A stretch of DNA of 40,976 nt. It comes from Candidatus Omnitrophota bacterium (lineage in GTDB: Bacteria > Omnitrophota > Gorgyraeia > Zapsychrales > Zapsychraceae). The position numbers and the translations under genes are program-made. How positions within the stretch are numbered: the stretch's first letter is position 1; each line of letters begins with the position of its first letter. The notes beneath the pieces were generated by a model. That model did not search any database and was not told the origin of the DNA. It saw nothing but the letters and a program-made list of their open reading frames with translations. The stretch lies in assembly GCA_028280285.1 (NCBI GenBank), contig JANQMA010000030.1, forward strand, positions 1 to 40,976. Direction: 5' to 3'. Shown piece by piece: positions 29,139 through 37,454 of the stretch.

Positions 29139-31106
29139 ATGGAAATCGGCTTTCTCCTTAAAATTTCTATTTTTCTTCAAGTATTTGCTGCTGGCGTCTT
29201 TTTCTATTTAATTTCTGTGACTAATCATTATCGGGCAGCACTGGCACTGGCTTTCGGCGTTGCGCTTCATTTGAGTTATGATTTATTGGTTTTATCAGGA
29301 AACTTAAACGGCATGTCCCTGCTTGAGCTTGAGATATTGAATCTCATTGCGACATTTCTGATTTTTATCGGAGCTATATGGCTTGTGCCGATGTTTAATA
29401 ATGGCAAACCGCTTTTTGAAAAGCTTGCGTCTAATGAAGGCAACCATCAACGCCTGACAAAGGCGGTTGAAAATGCACCGTATTCGGTGATGTTTTTGGA
29501 TGTGGAAGGGAATATTGAATATGTTAATGAGAAATTTTCGGATTCATCTGGATATCCTTTCAAAGAGGTTGTTGGTAAACCCTCACGTGAATTTATTTTT
29601 GGCAATATTGATGACGAGGTCTATGAAGAGTTCTGGAATAGTGTGATTAATGAAAAAGATTGGAAAGGCGAGGTCGAAAAGGTGCGCAAAGATGGCGAGC
29701 TATATTGGGAAAAGGCGAGTATTTCGGCGCTAACCTCCAATAGGCATAGTGTGACCGGTTTTCTGGTTATCCAGGAAGATTTAACGCTGCAGAAAGAATA
29801 TGAAAACCGTATTGCCCGGCAATCAAACTATGACGAGTTAACCAGTTTACCCAATCGTTTTCTTGCCTTTGACCGTCTGCAGCAAGCGATTAACCGTGCA
29901 GCCCGCTTGGGGCGTAAGGTCGCGGTAATGTTTGTCGACTTAGATCAATTCAAGTATGTCAATGATACGCTCGGACACGCGGCAGGAGATCAACTTTTGA
30001 TTGAGGCAACACAACGGCTGCGCGCGTGTTTAAGAGAGAGCGATACAGCCGCCCGCCTCGGAGGCGATGAATTTGCGCTTATTTTACCTGATTTACAGGA
30101 AGACACGCATTCGGAAATTGTGGCGCAGAAGGTTATTGATCAATTTTCTGAATCATTTAAATTAAAAGACAATGAAGTCTTTGTTACGGCAAGTATTGGG
30201 ATTACCATGTTTCCATCCGATGGGGCCGATCCGCATGAACTTCTACGCAATGCCGATGCCGCGCTTTATCAAGCTAAGGAAGATAGCCGTAATACTTTTA
30301 GATTTTTCAAAAAAGAAATGAATGATGTGGCGGTCAGACGTCTGACTATTGAATCACATCTGCGTAATGCGCTAAGCAAGCATGAGTTTTTTCGCGTTTA
30401 TCAGCCGATTATTGAACTTCATTCAGGGATATTGTATGGCGTTGAGGTTTTACTTAGATGGGAAAATCCTGAGCTTGGGGATGTGTCACCGGATACTTTT
30501 ATTCCTTTGGCTGAAGAAACAGGATTAATTGTGCCGATTGGTGAGTGGATTCTCCACGAGTCCTGTAAGGAAGTCAAAGCGTTGCATGATAAGTTTGATA
30601 TTCCGTTTCTGCTTTCGGTTAATGTCTCTTCCCGTCAGATTATGCAGTCTGATTTTGTCCAAACGATTAAAAGGGTTATAACCAGCGTCGATATAAATCC
30701 ACGTTATCTGCAACTTGAAATAACGGAAAGACTTTTGATGGAAGATACACCGAAGACATTGGCTATTTTAAAAGATCTTCAGGATTTAAATGTACGTATT
30801 GCACTTGATGATTTCGGAACAGGTTATTCCTCACTCGGTTATCTTAAGAAATTTTCTTTCAATGTTCTTAAGCTTGATCGCACATTTATCCGGGGTGTAA
30901 CGACCCGTACAACGGATGCGGCCCTTGCCGAAGCTATTATTACTATGGCGCAGACATTGGATTTAGATGTTGTCGCTGAAGGAGTCGAGACCAAAAAGCA
31001 GTATGATTTTTTAAAGAAGGAAAAATGTAATCTTGCACAAGGGTATTATATCAGCAAACCGCTTAAAGCCGACGCATTGATCAATTATATCAGAGAGCAG
31101 TTTTGA
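29139..31106 (+). CDS. Membrane-anchored PAS-GGDEF-EAL protein (cyclic-di-GMP synthesis/hydrolysis).
   Basis: N-terminal ~90 aa with 3-4 TM helices. A PAS-like region ('VENAPYSVMFLDVEGNIEYVN'). GGDEF 'RLGGDEFALIL'. EAL domain with 'YQPIIELHSG', 'EVLLRW', 'DDFGTGYSSL', 'KLDRTFI' and 'EGVET'. Confidence 0.85.
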   Translation: MEIGFLLKISIFLQVFAAGVFFYLISVTNHYRAALALAFGVALHLSYDLLVLSGNLNGMSLLELEILNLIATFLIFIGAIWLVPMFNNGKPLFEKLASNEGNHQRLTKAVENAPYSVMFLDVEGNIEYVNEKFSDSSGYPFKEVVGKPSREFIFGNIDDEVYEEFWNSVINEKDWKGEVEKVRKDGELYWEKASISALTSNRHSVTGFLVIQEDLTLQKEYENRIARQSNYDELTSLPNRFLAFDRLQQAINRAARLGRKVAVMFVDLDQFKYVNDTLGHAAGDQLLIEATQRLRACLRESDTAARLGGDEFALILPDLQEDTHSEIVAQKVIDQFSESFKLKDNEVFVTASIGITMFPSDGADPHELLRNADAALYQAKEDSRNTFRFFKKEMNDVAVRRLTIESHLRNALSKHEFFRVYQPIIELHSGILYGVEVLLRWENPELGDVSPDTFIPLAEETGLIVPIGEWILHESCKEVKALHDKFDIPFLLSVNVSSRQIMQSDFVQTIKRVITSVDINPRYLQLEITERLLMEDTPKTLAILKDLQDLNVRIALDDFGTGYSSLGYLKKFSFNVLKLDRTFIRGVTTRTTDAALAEAIITMAQTLDLDVVAEGVETKKQYDFLKKEKCNLAQGYYISKPLKADALINYIREQF

Positions 31107-31125
31107 TCCTACTTTAATTTCCGCT

Positions 31126-31836
31126 ATGCTATCTCAACTCTACAAGGGATTTGTTATTGACGAGGCTCTCGGTAATAATGCTTTTTCATTTAATCAGCGT
31201 CAGAATAAGTCGATTTATGTGCCTGCACTACTGCAGGCCGGGCTTGATCATCTTAAGGCCGGATCAAGGATTTGTTTTTCTGAAGTATGCGAGGGAATTG
31301 AAAAAAATGTCATTGGTTTGGATTGTTTTTTACAATGGAAGTATGCTGATAAACCCGTTTTTATTTTTGATAATCATAATCATGCCTTTTGCTTTTGGGT
31401 TTGGGCTTATCAGAATGGCCACATTGATATGCAGGCTAGTCTTGTGCATGTCGATCAACACAAAGATATGCGCGAACCGGAATTTTATTTAGAAACACAA
31501 GATTTGAATAATTTAGAGAAAGTTTTTTGGTATACGAATGAAGTACTTAATGTGGGTAATTTCATTCAGCCGGTACTGAGTGTTGGTTTGATCGATGATA
31601 TTTATATGATTGATCATCGGGCGGCCTTTGAAGCCACCATGCCAGAGCAGTATATTCTTGATATCGATATGGATATTTTTTCAGATGATATGAGCTACAT
31701 TAATGATAGCTATAAGCTTGAGATGATACGTACGTTTATTGAGAGGGCATCAATCATTACGGTTGCAACAAGCCCTTATTTTATTGAACAGGAAAAGGCC
31801 ATACATTTTGTCAGAAAACTGTTTGAGGGAAGATGA
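31126..31836 (+). CDS. Hypothetical soluble protein (236 aa), possibly of the UPF0489 type. TGA stop.
   Basis: A clean ORF with conserved-looking His/Asp clusters ('FDNHNHAFCFWVWAY', 'LVHVDQHKDM'). No family is confidently recognised. Confidence 0.4.
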   Translation: MLSQLYKGFVIDEALGNNAFSFNQRQNKSIYVPALLQAGLDHLKAGSRICFSEVCEGIEKNVIGLDCFLQWKYADKPVFIFDNHNHAFCFWVWAYQNGHIDMQASLVHVDQHKDMREPEFYLETQDLNNLEKVFWYTNEVLNVGNFIQPVLSVGLIDDIYMIDHRAAFEATMPEQYILDIDMDIFSDDMSYINDSYKLEMIRTFIERASIITVATSPYFIEQEKAIHFVRKLFEGR

Positions 31837-31850
31837 TTTGGCCTATAATA

Positions 31851-31907
31851 GGTTAAAGGTTGGGGGTTAAAGGTTAAGTTTTAAACCTTCAACCTCTAAC
31901 CTTTCAT
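31851..31907 (+). terminator. Palindromic repeat / candidate intrinsic terminator downstream of 31126-31836: two direct 'ggttaaaggtt' copies followed by inverted 'aaccttcaacc' and 'aacctttcatc'.
   Basis: Read directly: 'ggttaaaggttgggggttaaaggttaagttttaaaccttcaacctctaacctttcatctt'. An 11-bp stem with one mismatch and an 8-nt loop, followed by a pyrimidine-rich tail. Confidence 0.3.
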
Positions 31908-31937
31908 CTTAAACCCTTAATTTATTGCTTATCCATT

Positions 31938-32687
31938 ATGAGTTTAGTTTCTATTGTTATCCCGGCACGCAATGAAGAAAAAAATATTACCTATACTGCG
32001 GAGAATATTTTGCGTGTTTTTGATGAAGAGGGTATTGATATCGAGGTTCTTGTTATCGATGATGGCAGTAGCGATCAAACAGCCGCTGTTGTTAAAGCGC
32101 TTAGCGCTAAAGACAGGCGTGTTCGGCTTGTCACCAATTCTGCCCCGCATGGGATCGGTAATGCCATCCGTCGTGGGCTTAAGGTCTTTCGGGGGGATAT
32201 GGTGATCATTGCCATGGCGGATAGTTCTGATTCTCCTGATGATATGATCCGTTATGTGCGTAAAATGGAAGAAGGGCATGACTGTTGCTTTGGCACACGT
32301 TGGGTCAAGGATGCAACGGTTAAAGGCTACCCCCTTCACAAATTATTTTTAAATCGAGTGGTTAACTTTTGGATTAGTTTGATGTTTGGGATTTCTTATA
32401 ATGACACAACCAATGCGTTTAAGTGTTACTCACGTGAAGTGATTCAGGGGATAAAGCCTATTTTATCGCACCATTTTAATATTACAGTAGAGCTTCCTTT
32501 AAAGGCGATTGTACGGGGGTATAAGTATGCGGTTATCCCGACGGATTGGCGTCAAAGGAAATTTGGTCGAACGTCACTTCATATTAAAGAAATGGGTAGC
32601 CGATATCTTTTTATTATTCTGTATGTTTTTTTTGAAAGGTTATTGTGTAAGGAAGATTATCAAAAACGAATGAAGGATGAGGAATAA
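31938..32687 (+). CDS. GT2-family glycosyltransferase, polyprenol-phosphate sugar transferase (DPM1/GtrB-like).
   Basis: 'IVIPARNEEKNI', 'VLVIDDGSSDQT' and 'MADSSDSPDD' (DxD-type). Size ~250 aa. Confidence 0.75.
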   Translation: MSLVSIVIPARNEEKNITYTAENILRVFDEEGIDIEVLVIDDGSSDQTAAVVKALSAKDRRVRLVTNSAPHGIGNAIRRGLKVFRGDMVIIAMADSSDSPDDMIRYVRKMEEGHDCCFGTRWVKDATVKGYPLHKLFLNRVVNFWISLMFGISYNDTTNAFKCYSREVIQGIKPILSHHFNITVELPLKAIVRGYKYAVIPTDWRQRKFGRTSLHIKEMGSRYLFIILYVFFERLLCKEDYQKRMKDEE

Positions 32688-32700
32688 ATAGTGTCTGGCA

Positions 32701-33378
32701 CTATTTATTCAAATCTTTAATTAACTCAATACATTTTTTTTGCGCTTCGGATATGTGGCAGTAATCCTCGGCGCTTTTTTTATCAAACACATCAGATTTT
32801 TCAATGTGATCGGTAACGTATAAAATAGCCAGGCCATGGAGAAAGCTTTTTTGACATGCCGCATAAAGTGAACAGGTTTCCATATCGATTACACCGATGT
32901 CATTTTGTTTAAGGCGTAGAATATAATCCTTTTCGAGATTAACTGATCCAAGGCTTGCACAGGAAGCATGTTCACCATAACATTGCGACAACAGTCCACT
33001 GTCTGCTTCGTAATAGTCGGGGGTGATATATTCATCATTAATTAAGGATGAGAAGCTTTCGTAATTATAGGCCTTTTTGGGGGTGACAATGGTTCCGACT
33101 TTATAGTGATTGTTCACGGCACCGCAGGCGCCGAATAAAATAACATTTTTACAATTTGTCTCTTTAAGATGAAGAACGCAATCACCAACTTGCAGAGCTC
33201 CGATTTGTGTGTGGATCAAGGTTAGATCATCTGTGCTCGCCGCGGCATATCTAGCGCCTTTGGAAAGATTATTTAAACCGAAGTCGTGCGTAAGGCCCTT
33301 ATAAAGAAAAGGTGAGAGCACGCACGTTTCTTTTACTTCACTTGAATCAATTCCGAATAAGTCGATAAAATTGGCCAT
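32701..33378 (-). CDS. PNP/UDP-1 family nucleosidase (MTA/SAH nucleosidase or futalosine hydrolase-like).
   Basis: 'ILFGACGAVNNHYKVGTIVTP' (cf. 'INTGSAGGL...VGDIVV') and 'GVIDMETCSLYAAC' (cf. 'AVEMEATAIAHVC') of MtnN-type enzymes. Confidence 0.6.
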   Translation of the reverse strand: MANFIDLFGIDSSEVKETCVLSPFLYKGLTHDFGLNNLSKGARYAAASTDDLTLIHTQIGALQVGDCVLHLKETNCKNVILFGACGAVNNHYKVGTIVTPKKAYNYESFSSLINDEYITPDYYEADSGLLSQCYGEHASCASLGSVNLEKDYILRLKQNDIGVIDMETCSLYAACQKSFLHGLAILYVTDHIEKSDVFDKKSAEDYCHISEAQKKCIELIKDLNK

Positions 33379-33448
33379 AGTTGTTTGTTTCCAAATAAAA
33401 AAATTATGGTAGGATTATAGCATTATATTGGAGCAGGTAAAGAGTATC

Positions 33449-33517
33449 TCGTACTTAGTACTTCGACCTTCGTACTTCGTGGATCACGATGTCCTAAGTA
33501 CGATGTACGAAGTACGA
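33449..33517. promoter_or_regulatory. Cluster of six GTAC-containing 8-mers (GTACTTAG / GTACTTCG and their complements) in the divergent promoter region between the nucleosidase and aldo-keto reductase genes. Candidate operator.
   Basis: 'tcGTACttaGTACttcgaccttcGTACttcgtggatcacgatgtcctaaGTACgatGTACgaaGTACga'. Forward copies sit on the left and reverse-complement copies on the right of a central 'tggatcacgatg'. Confidence 0.3.
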
Positions 33518-33519
33518 TT

Positions 33520-34449
33520 TTGAGTTTTTCTATGAGTTTATCTATTTCCGATCTAAATTTCTCATCGATTACTCTAGGAACATGGGTGTTTGGCGGCACT
33601 TCCTGGGGAGGGGCCGATGATACCGAATGTGTGCGTGTGATACACGCGGCCATTGATCAAGGTGTAAGTTGTATTGATACAGCGCCGATTTATAGCCACG
33701 GAGAAAGTGAGCGTATTATCGGTAAGGCTTTGGCAGGCAAGCGTGATAAAATTGTGTTGGCGACCAAATGCGGACTTATCCGTAATCCTGACGGGCCAGG
33801 CGTTGTGCACAATCTCAATCGTTCAGAAATTCTTAACCAAGTCGAGGGAAGTCTACGCCGGCTTAAAACAGATTATATCGATCTTTATCAATGTCATGCG
33901 CCTGATCCGGATATGAATAGTGAAGAGGTCATGCAGACACTTAATCAATTAAAGGATGAAGGCAAAATTCGTGCTATCGGTGTATCTAACTTTTCACCTA
34001 AGCAGGTCGAAGAATGTCTGCGCTACGCGGATGTGATCACATGCCAAGATCAATATTCGCTTTTGGATCGACGGGTGGAAGAAGGAATCACGGATTTGGT
34101 TAGGCAAAAAAATATGGGCATACTCGCGTATGGTCCACTTGCCGGGGGCGTGCTGACAGGTAAATACAAGGACGAACCGGATTTTGGCGGGGCCGATTGC
34201 CGGACATTTTTTTATCAGTATTATAAGGGTGATGCTTTTCAAAAAGTTCGTCAGATTTTAGATGAGTTAGAAGGTTTAGGCCACCCTTTATGTGAGCTTG
34301 CAATCAATTGGGTGCGTCAGCAAAAAGGTGTGGCGAGTGTTATCGTCGGCTGCCGGACGGTTGAGCAACTGGAGAAAAACCTTGTGGCATTAAGATGGGA
34401 GCTCTCCACGCAGGAGCTAGAAAAGATTGACGAAATAATTAATAAATAG
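33520..34449 (+). CDS. Aldo/keto reductase family oxidoreductase. TTG start; alternative ATG at 33532.
   Basis: 'ITLGTWVFGG', 'IDTAPIYSHGESERIIGKAL', 'LATKCG', 'IDLYQCHAPD' and 'IGVSNFS' are classic AKR signatures. Confidence 0.8.
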   Translation: MSFSMSLSISDLNFSSITLGTWVFGGTSWGGADDTECVRVIHAAIDQGVSCIDTAPIYSHGESERIIGKALAGKRDKIVLATKCGLIRNPDGPGVVHNLNRSEILNQVEGSLRRLKTDYIDLYQCHAPDPDMNSEEVMQTLNQLKDEGKIRAIGVSNFSPKQVEECLRYADVITCQDQYSLLDRRVEEGITDLVRQKNMGILAYGPLAGGVLTGKYKDEPDFGGADCRTFFYQYYKGDAFQKVRQILDELEGLGHPLCELAINWVRQQKGVASVIVGCRTVEQLEKNLVALRWELSTQELEKIDEIINK

Positions 34450-34451
34450 TG

Positions 34452-34506
34452 GTCCGTGTTCTGTGGTCTGTGATCGGACCACTGACCACAGATCACAGAT
34501 CACAAG
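34452..34506. repeat. Imperfect 55-nt palindrome built from GTGGTC/GTGATC 7-mers and their complements. A diverged, opposite-orientation copy lies at 40838-40910 and shares exact 17-nt and 14-nt blocks. Likely a terminator or REP/MITE-like element.
   Basis: 'gtggtccgtgttctgtggtctgtgatcggaccactgaccacagatcacagatcac' followed by 'aagtttt'. The reverse complement of 40841-40910 contains 'gtgttctgtggtctgtg' and 'ggaccactgaccac' exactly. Confidence 0.6.
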
Positions 34507-34510
34507 TTTT

Positions 34511-35371
34511 ATGTGGATTTTATTTGGAATACTAACCGCTCTCGGTACATCCGTTCAAGATATCTTAACACGCAAGGCATCAGAGACGATCAATCGCTAT
34601 GTTGTCATTTGGGCATGGTGGATTTTTGCCTTGCCGCTTCTTTTTATTTTTTCCCTTACACAAAAGCCTGTCGCTATTGAAGACGGATTTTATCCGGTTG
34701 TCGTCGTAACAGCCATATGTTTAACCGTCTCTGTGATCCATTATGTCAAAGCGGTTGAATCAGGGGATCTTTCTCTTTCTATTCCTATCCTTAGTTTCAC
34801 GCCAGTACTTTTGCTGATAACAGCACCTATCATCACAGGAGAAATACCGAGTCTTGACGGCGCTTTAGGCATTTTTGTTATTATCGTAGGGGCTTATTGT
34901 TTATTTTTACATCAGGAGCATACCCATTGGACGGCCCCGTTTAAACGTATTTTTAAAAATAAAGGATCGCGGTATATGTGTGTAGTGGTCCTTATGTTTA
35001 GCATCGCCGGGAGTTTTGATAAAGTAGGGACGCTTAAAGCATCAGGGGTTGTGTATTTACTTCATTTGATTAGTGCGTTGTCTATTTTATTGACCATCAT
35101 TATGTTTTTTAAATGTAAAAATATTTGCGAAGAATTTCGTAAAAATCCAAGGCTTTTGATTTTAATTGGCTGTATTAATGCCGTAACCTATACCACACAA
35201 CTTCTCGGTATTGTATTAACACAGGTGCCTTATTTGATTGCTGTTAAGAGGCTGAGCGTTCTTTTCTCAACGCTGTATGGTGTTTATATTTTAAAGGAAG
35301 GGAATTTTAAAGAGAGGCTGATCGGTGTTTTGCTCATGCTTATTGGTGTTTTTATCGTGTCTTTAGCTTAG
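34511..35371 (+). CDS. Polytopic membrane protein, probably a ~10-TM EamA/DMT-type transporter. Start moved to Met-17 of the track ORF to clear the upstream palindrome.
   Basis: ~10 hydrophobic helices in two halves ('WILFGILTALGTS...', 'VVVLMFSIAGSFDKVG...'). The C-terminal 'LLMLIGVFIVSLA' is typical of DMT proteins. Confidence 0.4.
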   Translation: MWILFGILTALGTSVQDILTRKASETINRYVVIWAWWIFALPLLFIFSLTQKPVAIEDGFYPVVVVTAICLTVSVIHYVKAVESGDLSLSIPILSFTPVLLLITAPIITGEIPSLDGALGIFVIIVGAYCLFLHQEHTHWTAPFKRIFKNKGSRYMCVVVLMFSIAGSFDKVGTLKASGVVYLLHLISALSILLTIIMFFKCKNICEEFRKNPRLLILIGCINAVTYTTQLLGIVLTQVPYLIAVKRLSVLFSTLYGVYILKEGNFKERLIGVLLMLIGVFIVSLA

Positions 35372-35890
35372 TGGCCACGCATCAATGATTTGCCATGCAT
35401 TTACGTCTTTATTGCCTTTAACAAGTTGCAGCTTTGTAAAGGTCATTTCTTCTTTCGAAAAATCAAGATGATTGATAATTGTCTGTTTTTCTTCTTCTGT
35501 AATATCCCCATACAGCAGACTTAAATGCGGTATATATTCTTTTTGCCCAAAGGGATTAAGGAGAAGACGGGCATCCTGGTTCATTTGATTAATGGCATCG
35601 GTACAAATGGCTTTTAGATAAAGGGCTGTAAAAAAACCGTGTGTGTACTCGATTGTGGTGAATGTGAGTGTTTGTGCAATGGCGTCTTTGGCAAGCAAGG
35701 CAATTTTTTCTTTCAATTTGTCAACCGGGGCGCTTAGACCACTTACTAAGGTCACATGCGGCTCAAAACAAGGTGTTGTGTAAGTCTTACTTAAATTGTG
35801 AATAATAGCCTGATATTTGGTGAAATTTGCCTCATCCGGCATAAGCCACAGGTAGTAGGAATGAGCTAAATCCATGGCGTTATTATACAT
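35363..35890 (-). CDS. 2H phosphoesterase superfamily protein (LigT/ThpR/CPDase-like; two HxT/S motifs).
   Basis: 'FEPHVTLVSGL' and 'YIPHLSLLYGD' form two H-x-[TS]-x motifs about 90 aa apart in a ~175-aa protein. Confidence 0.6.
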   Translation of the reverse strand: MYNNAMDLAHSYYLWLMPDEANFTKYQAIIHNLSKTYTTPCFEPHVTLVSGLSAPVDKLKEKIALLAKDAIAQTLTFTTIEYTHGFFTALYLKAICTDAINQMNQDARLLLNPFGQKEYIPHLSLLYGDITEEEKQTIINHLDFSKEEMTFTKLQLVKGNKDVNAWQIIDAWPLS

Positions 35891-35956
35891 GAATTACGTG
35901 CAAATTGTTTGATTTTTCCTTAACATCATCAATTATCCTGGCATAATATTCTTAAT

Positions 35957-36952
35957 ATGAATATTAAAAAAACATTGATATTAACAGCCGCACAAGTTAA
36001 AAGATTGTGCCATATCAAAGGTATAATCGGCGCCGTGGAAAGTTCATTTGCTGATTATGCCAAGGGGCAGGCCCAGATGCCTCCTAAGGTTTATCTGGAT
36101 TTAAAAAAATATAATGGCGATTTTCGGGCCATGCCCGCTTATCTGGCCGGTCAAAAGGCCTCTTCGCTTAAATGGGTTAATGTTCATCCTGATAATGTGA
36201 AAAAGAAAATCCCGACCGTGATGGCGGTCATTATCTTAAGCGATCCGGCGACCGGTTTTCCCTTAAGTATTATGGATGGCACACTGATTACAAAATGGCG
36301 TACGGCCGCTTCCAGTGCCATTGCAACAAAATATTTGGCCCGTAAAGAGGCAAGCTTATTAAGTGTCTTAGGATGTGGAGCACAATCCTTGACACAAATT
36401 GAGTTTATCTTACAGGTCTGTAAATTTAAAGAAGTGCATTTGTGGGATATCAATAGATCGGCGGCAGAGAAACTTAAAAAGGCGCTTTTAAAAAAGAAGA
36501 TTGTTGTTAAAGTATGTGCTACGGTTAAAGCGTGTGTGGCCCAAGCTGATGTTGTTACAACCATTACACCGTCGAGAAAACCTATTCTTAAAGAGAGATG
36601 GCTTAAGAAAGGCGTGCATATCAATGCCATTGGGGCTGATGCCAAGGGTAAAAGAGAGCTCGATGATGATATTATACGTTCAGGACGTGTTATTATTGAT
36701 GATTGGATGCAAGCCGCACACAGTGGTGAAATCAATGTTCCTCTGCGAAAGAAAGTTATCACGCAAAAAAATATTTCCGCCAGCTTAGGAGACGTTATCC
36801 TAAGAAAAAGCAAAGGCCGGAGTAATCAAAAACAAACTACTGTTTTTGACTCAACCGGCCTTGCCGTTCAGGATACAGCTGTGGCACAGTTGGTATACAA
36901 GGCAGCTGTAAGAAACAAAATCGGAAAACATATTCAATTGATTGGGGAGTAA
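35957..36952 (+). CDS. Ornithine cyclodeaminase / mu-crystallin family NAD(P)-dependent enzyme.
   Basis: 'DFRAMPAYL', the Rossmann motif 'VLGCGAQSLTQIEF', and an overall length of ~330 aa fit the OCD/mu-crystallin fold. Confidence 0.65.
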   Translation: MNIKKTLILTAAQVKRLCHIKGIIGAVESSFADYAKGQAQMPPKVYLDLKKYNGDFRAMPAYLAGQKASSLKWVNVHPDNVKKKIPTVMAVIILSDPATGFPLSIMDGTLITKWRTAASSAIATKYLARKEASLLSVLGCGAQSLTQIEFILQVCKFKEVHLWDINRSAAEKLKKALLKKKIVVKVCATVKACVAQADVVTTITPSRKPILKERWLKKGVHINAIGADAKGKRELDDDIIRSGRVIIDDWMQAAHSGEINVPLRKKVITQKNISASLGDVILRKSKGRSNQKQTTVFDSTGLAVQDTAVAQLVYKAAVRNKIGKHIQLIGE

Positions 36953-36954
36953 TT

Positions 36955-37452
36955 ATGGACAACTTGGTGTACTTTGCGCATGGCAAAGAGTCGGGCCCGC
37001 AGGGGACAAAAATTCAGCATTTATCAAAAGTGGCTAAAAATATGGGGTTTGAATTCGAAAGCCCTGATTATTCCTTTACACAGGATGAACAGGAGCGCAT
37101 CGACATGCTCTTGGCTTTAGCCCCTCAGGCTGATAATTTAGTTTTAGTAGGTTCAAGCATGGGGGCGTATGTTTCAACTGTTGCTTCAGAAGTCCTTAAG
37201 CCTAAGGGGTTGTTCTTAATGGCGCCGGCCTTTTTTGTGCCAGAGTATGCCAAGCAAAGTCCAAAACCTCATGCTGTCTCGACAATGATCGTTCACGGCC
37301 GTGATGATACTATTGTTCCCATGAGCCATTCTCAGAAGTATGCCGAAGAGCATAATGTTGAGTTGCGTATTTTTGACAGCGATCATCGTCTGACAAGTGT
37401 GTTGACCGATATTGAAGAGTTGTTTCAAGGATTTTTGAGACAGTTCGTCTAG
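36955..37452 (+). CDS. Small alpha/beta-hydrolase-fold esterase (YqiA/UPF0227-like).
   Basis: Nucleophile elbow 'LVGSSMGAY', acid 'VHGRDDTIVP' and His 'FDSDHRL' form the triad. 165 aa. Confidence 0.5.
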   Translation: MDNLVYFAHGKESGPQGTKIQHLSKVAKNMGFEFESPDYSFTQDEQERIDMLLALAPQADNLVLVGSSMGAYVSTVASEVLKPKGLFLMAPAFFVPEYAKQSPKPHAVSTMIVHGRDDTIVPMSHSQKYAEEHNVELRIFDSDHRLTSVLTDIEELFQGFLRQFV

Positions 37453-37454
37453 GA

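Noticed and set aside
36184-36813. 209-aa antisense ORF within the ornithine cyclodeaminase-like gene.
   Set aside because: It is embedded opposite a well-supported Rossmann-fold enzyme gene. Its low-complexity hydrophobic translation has no features.
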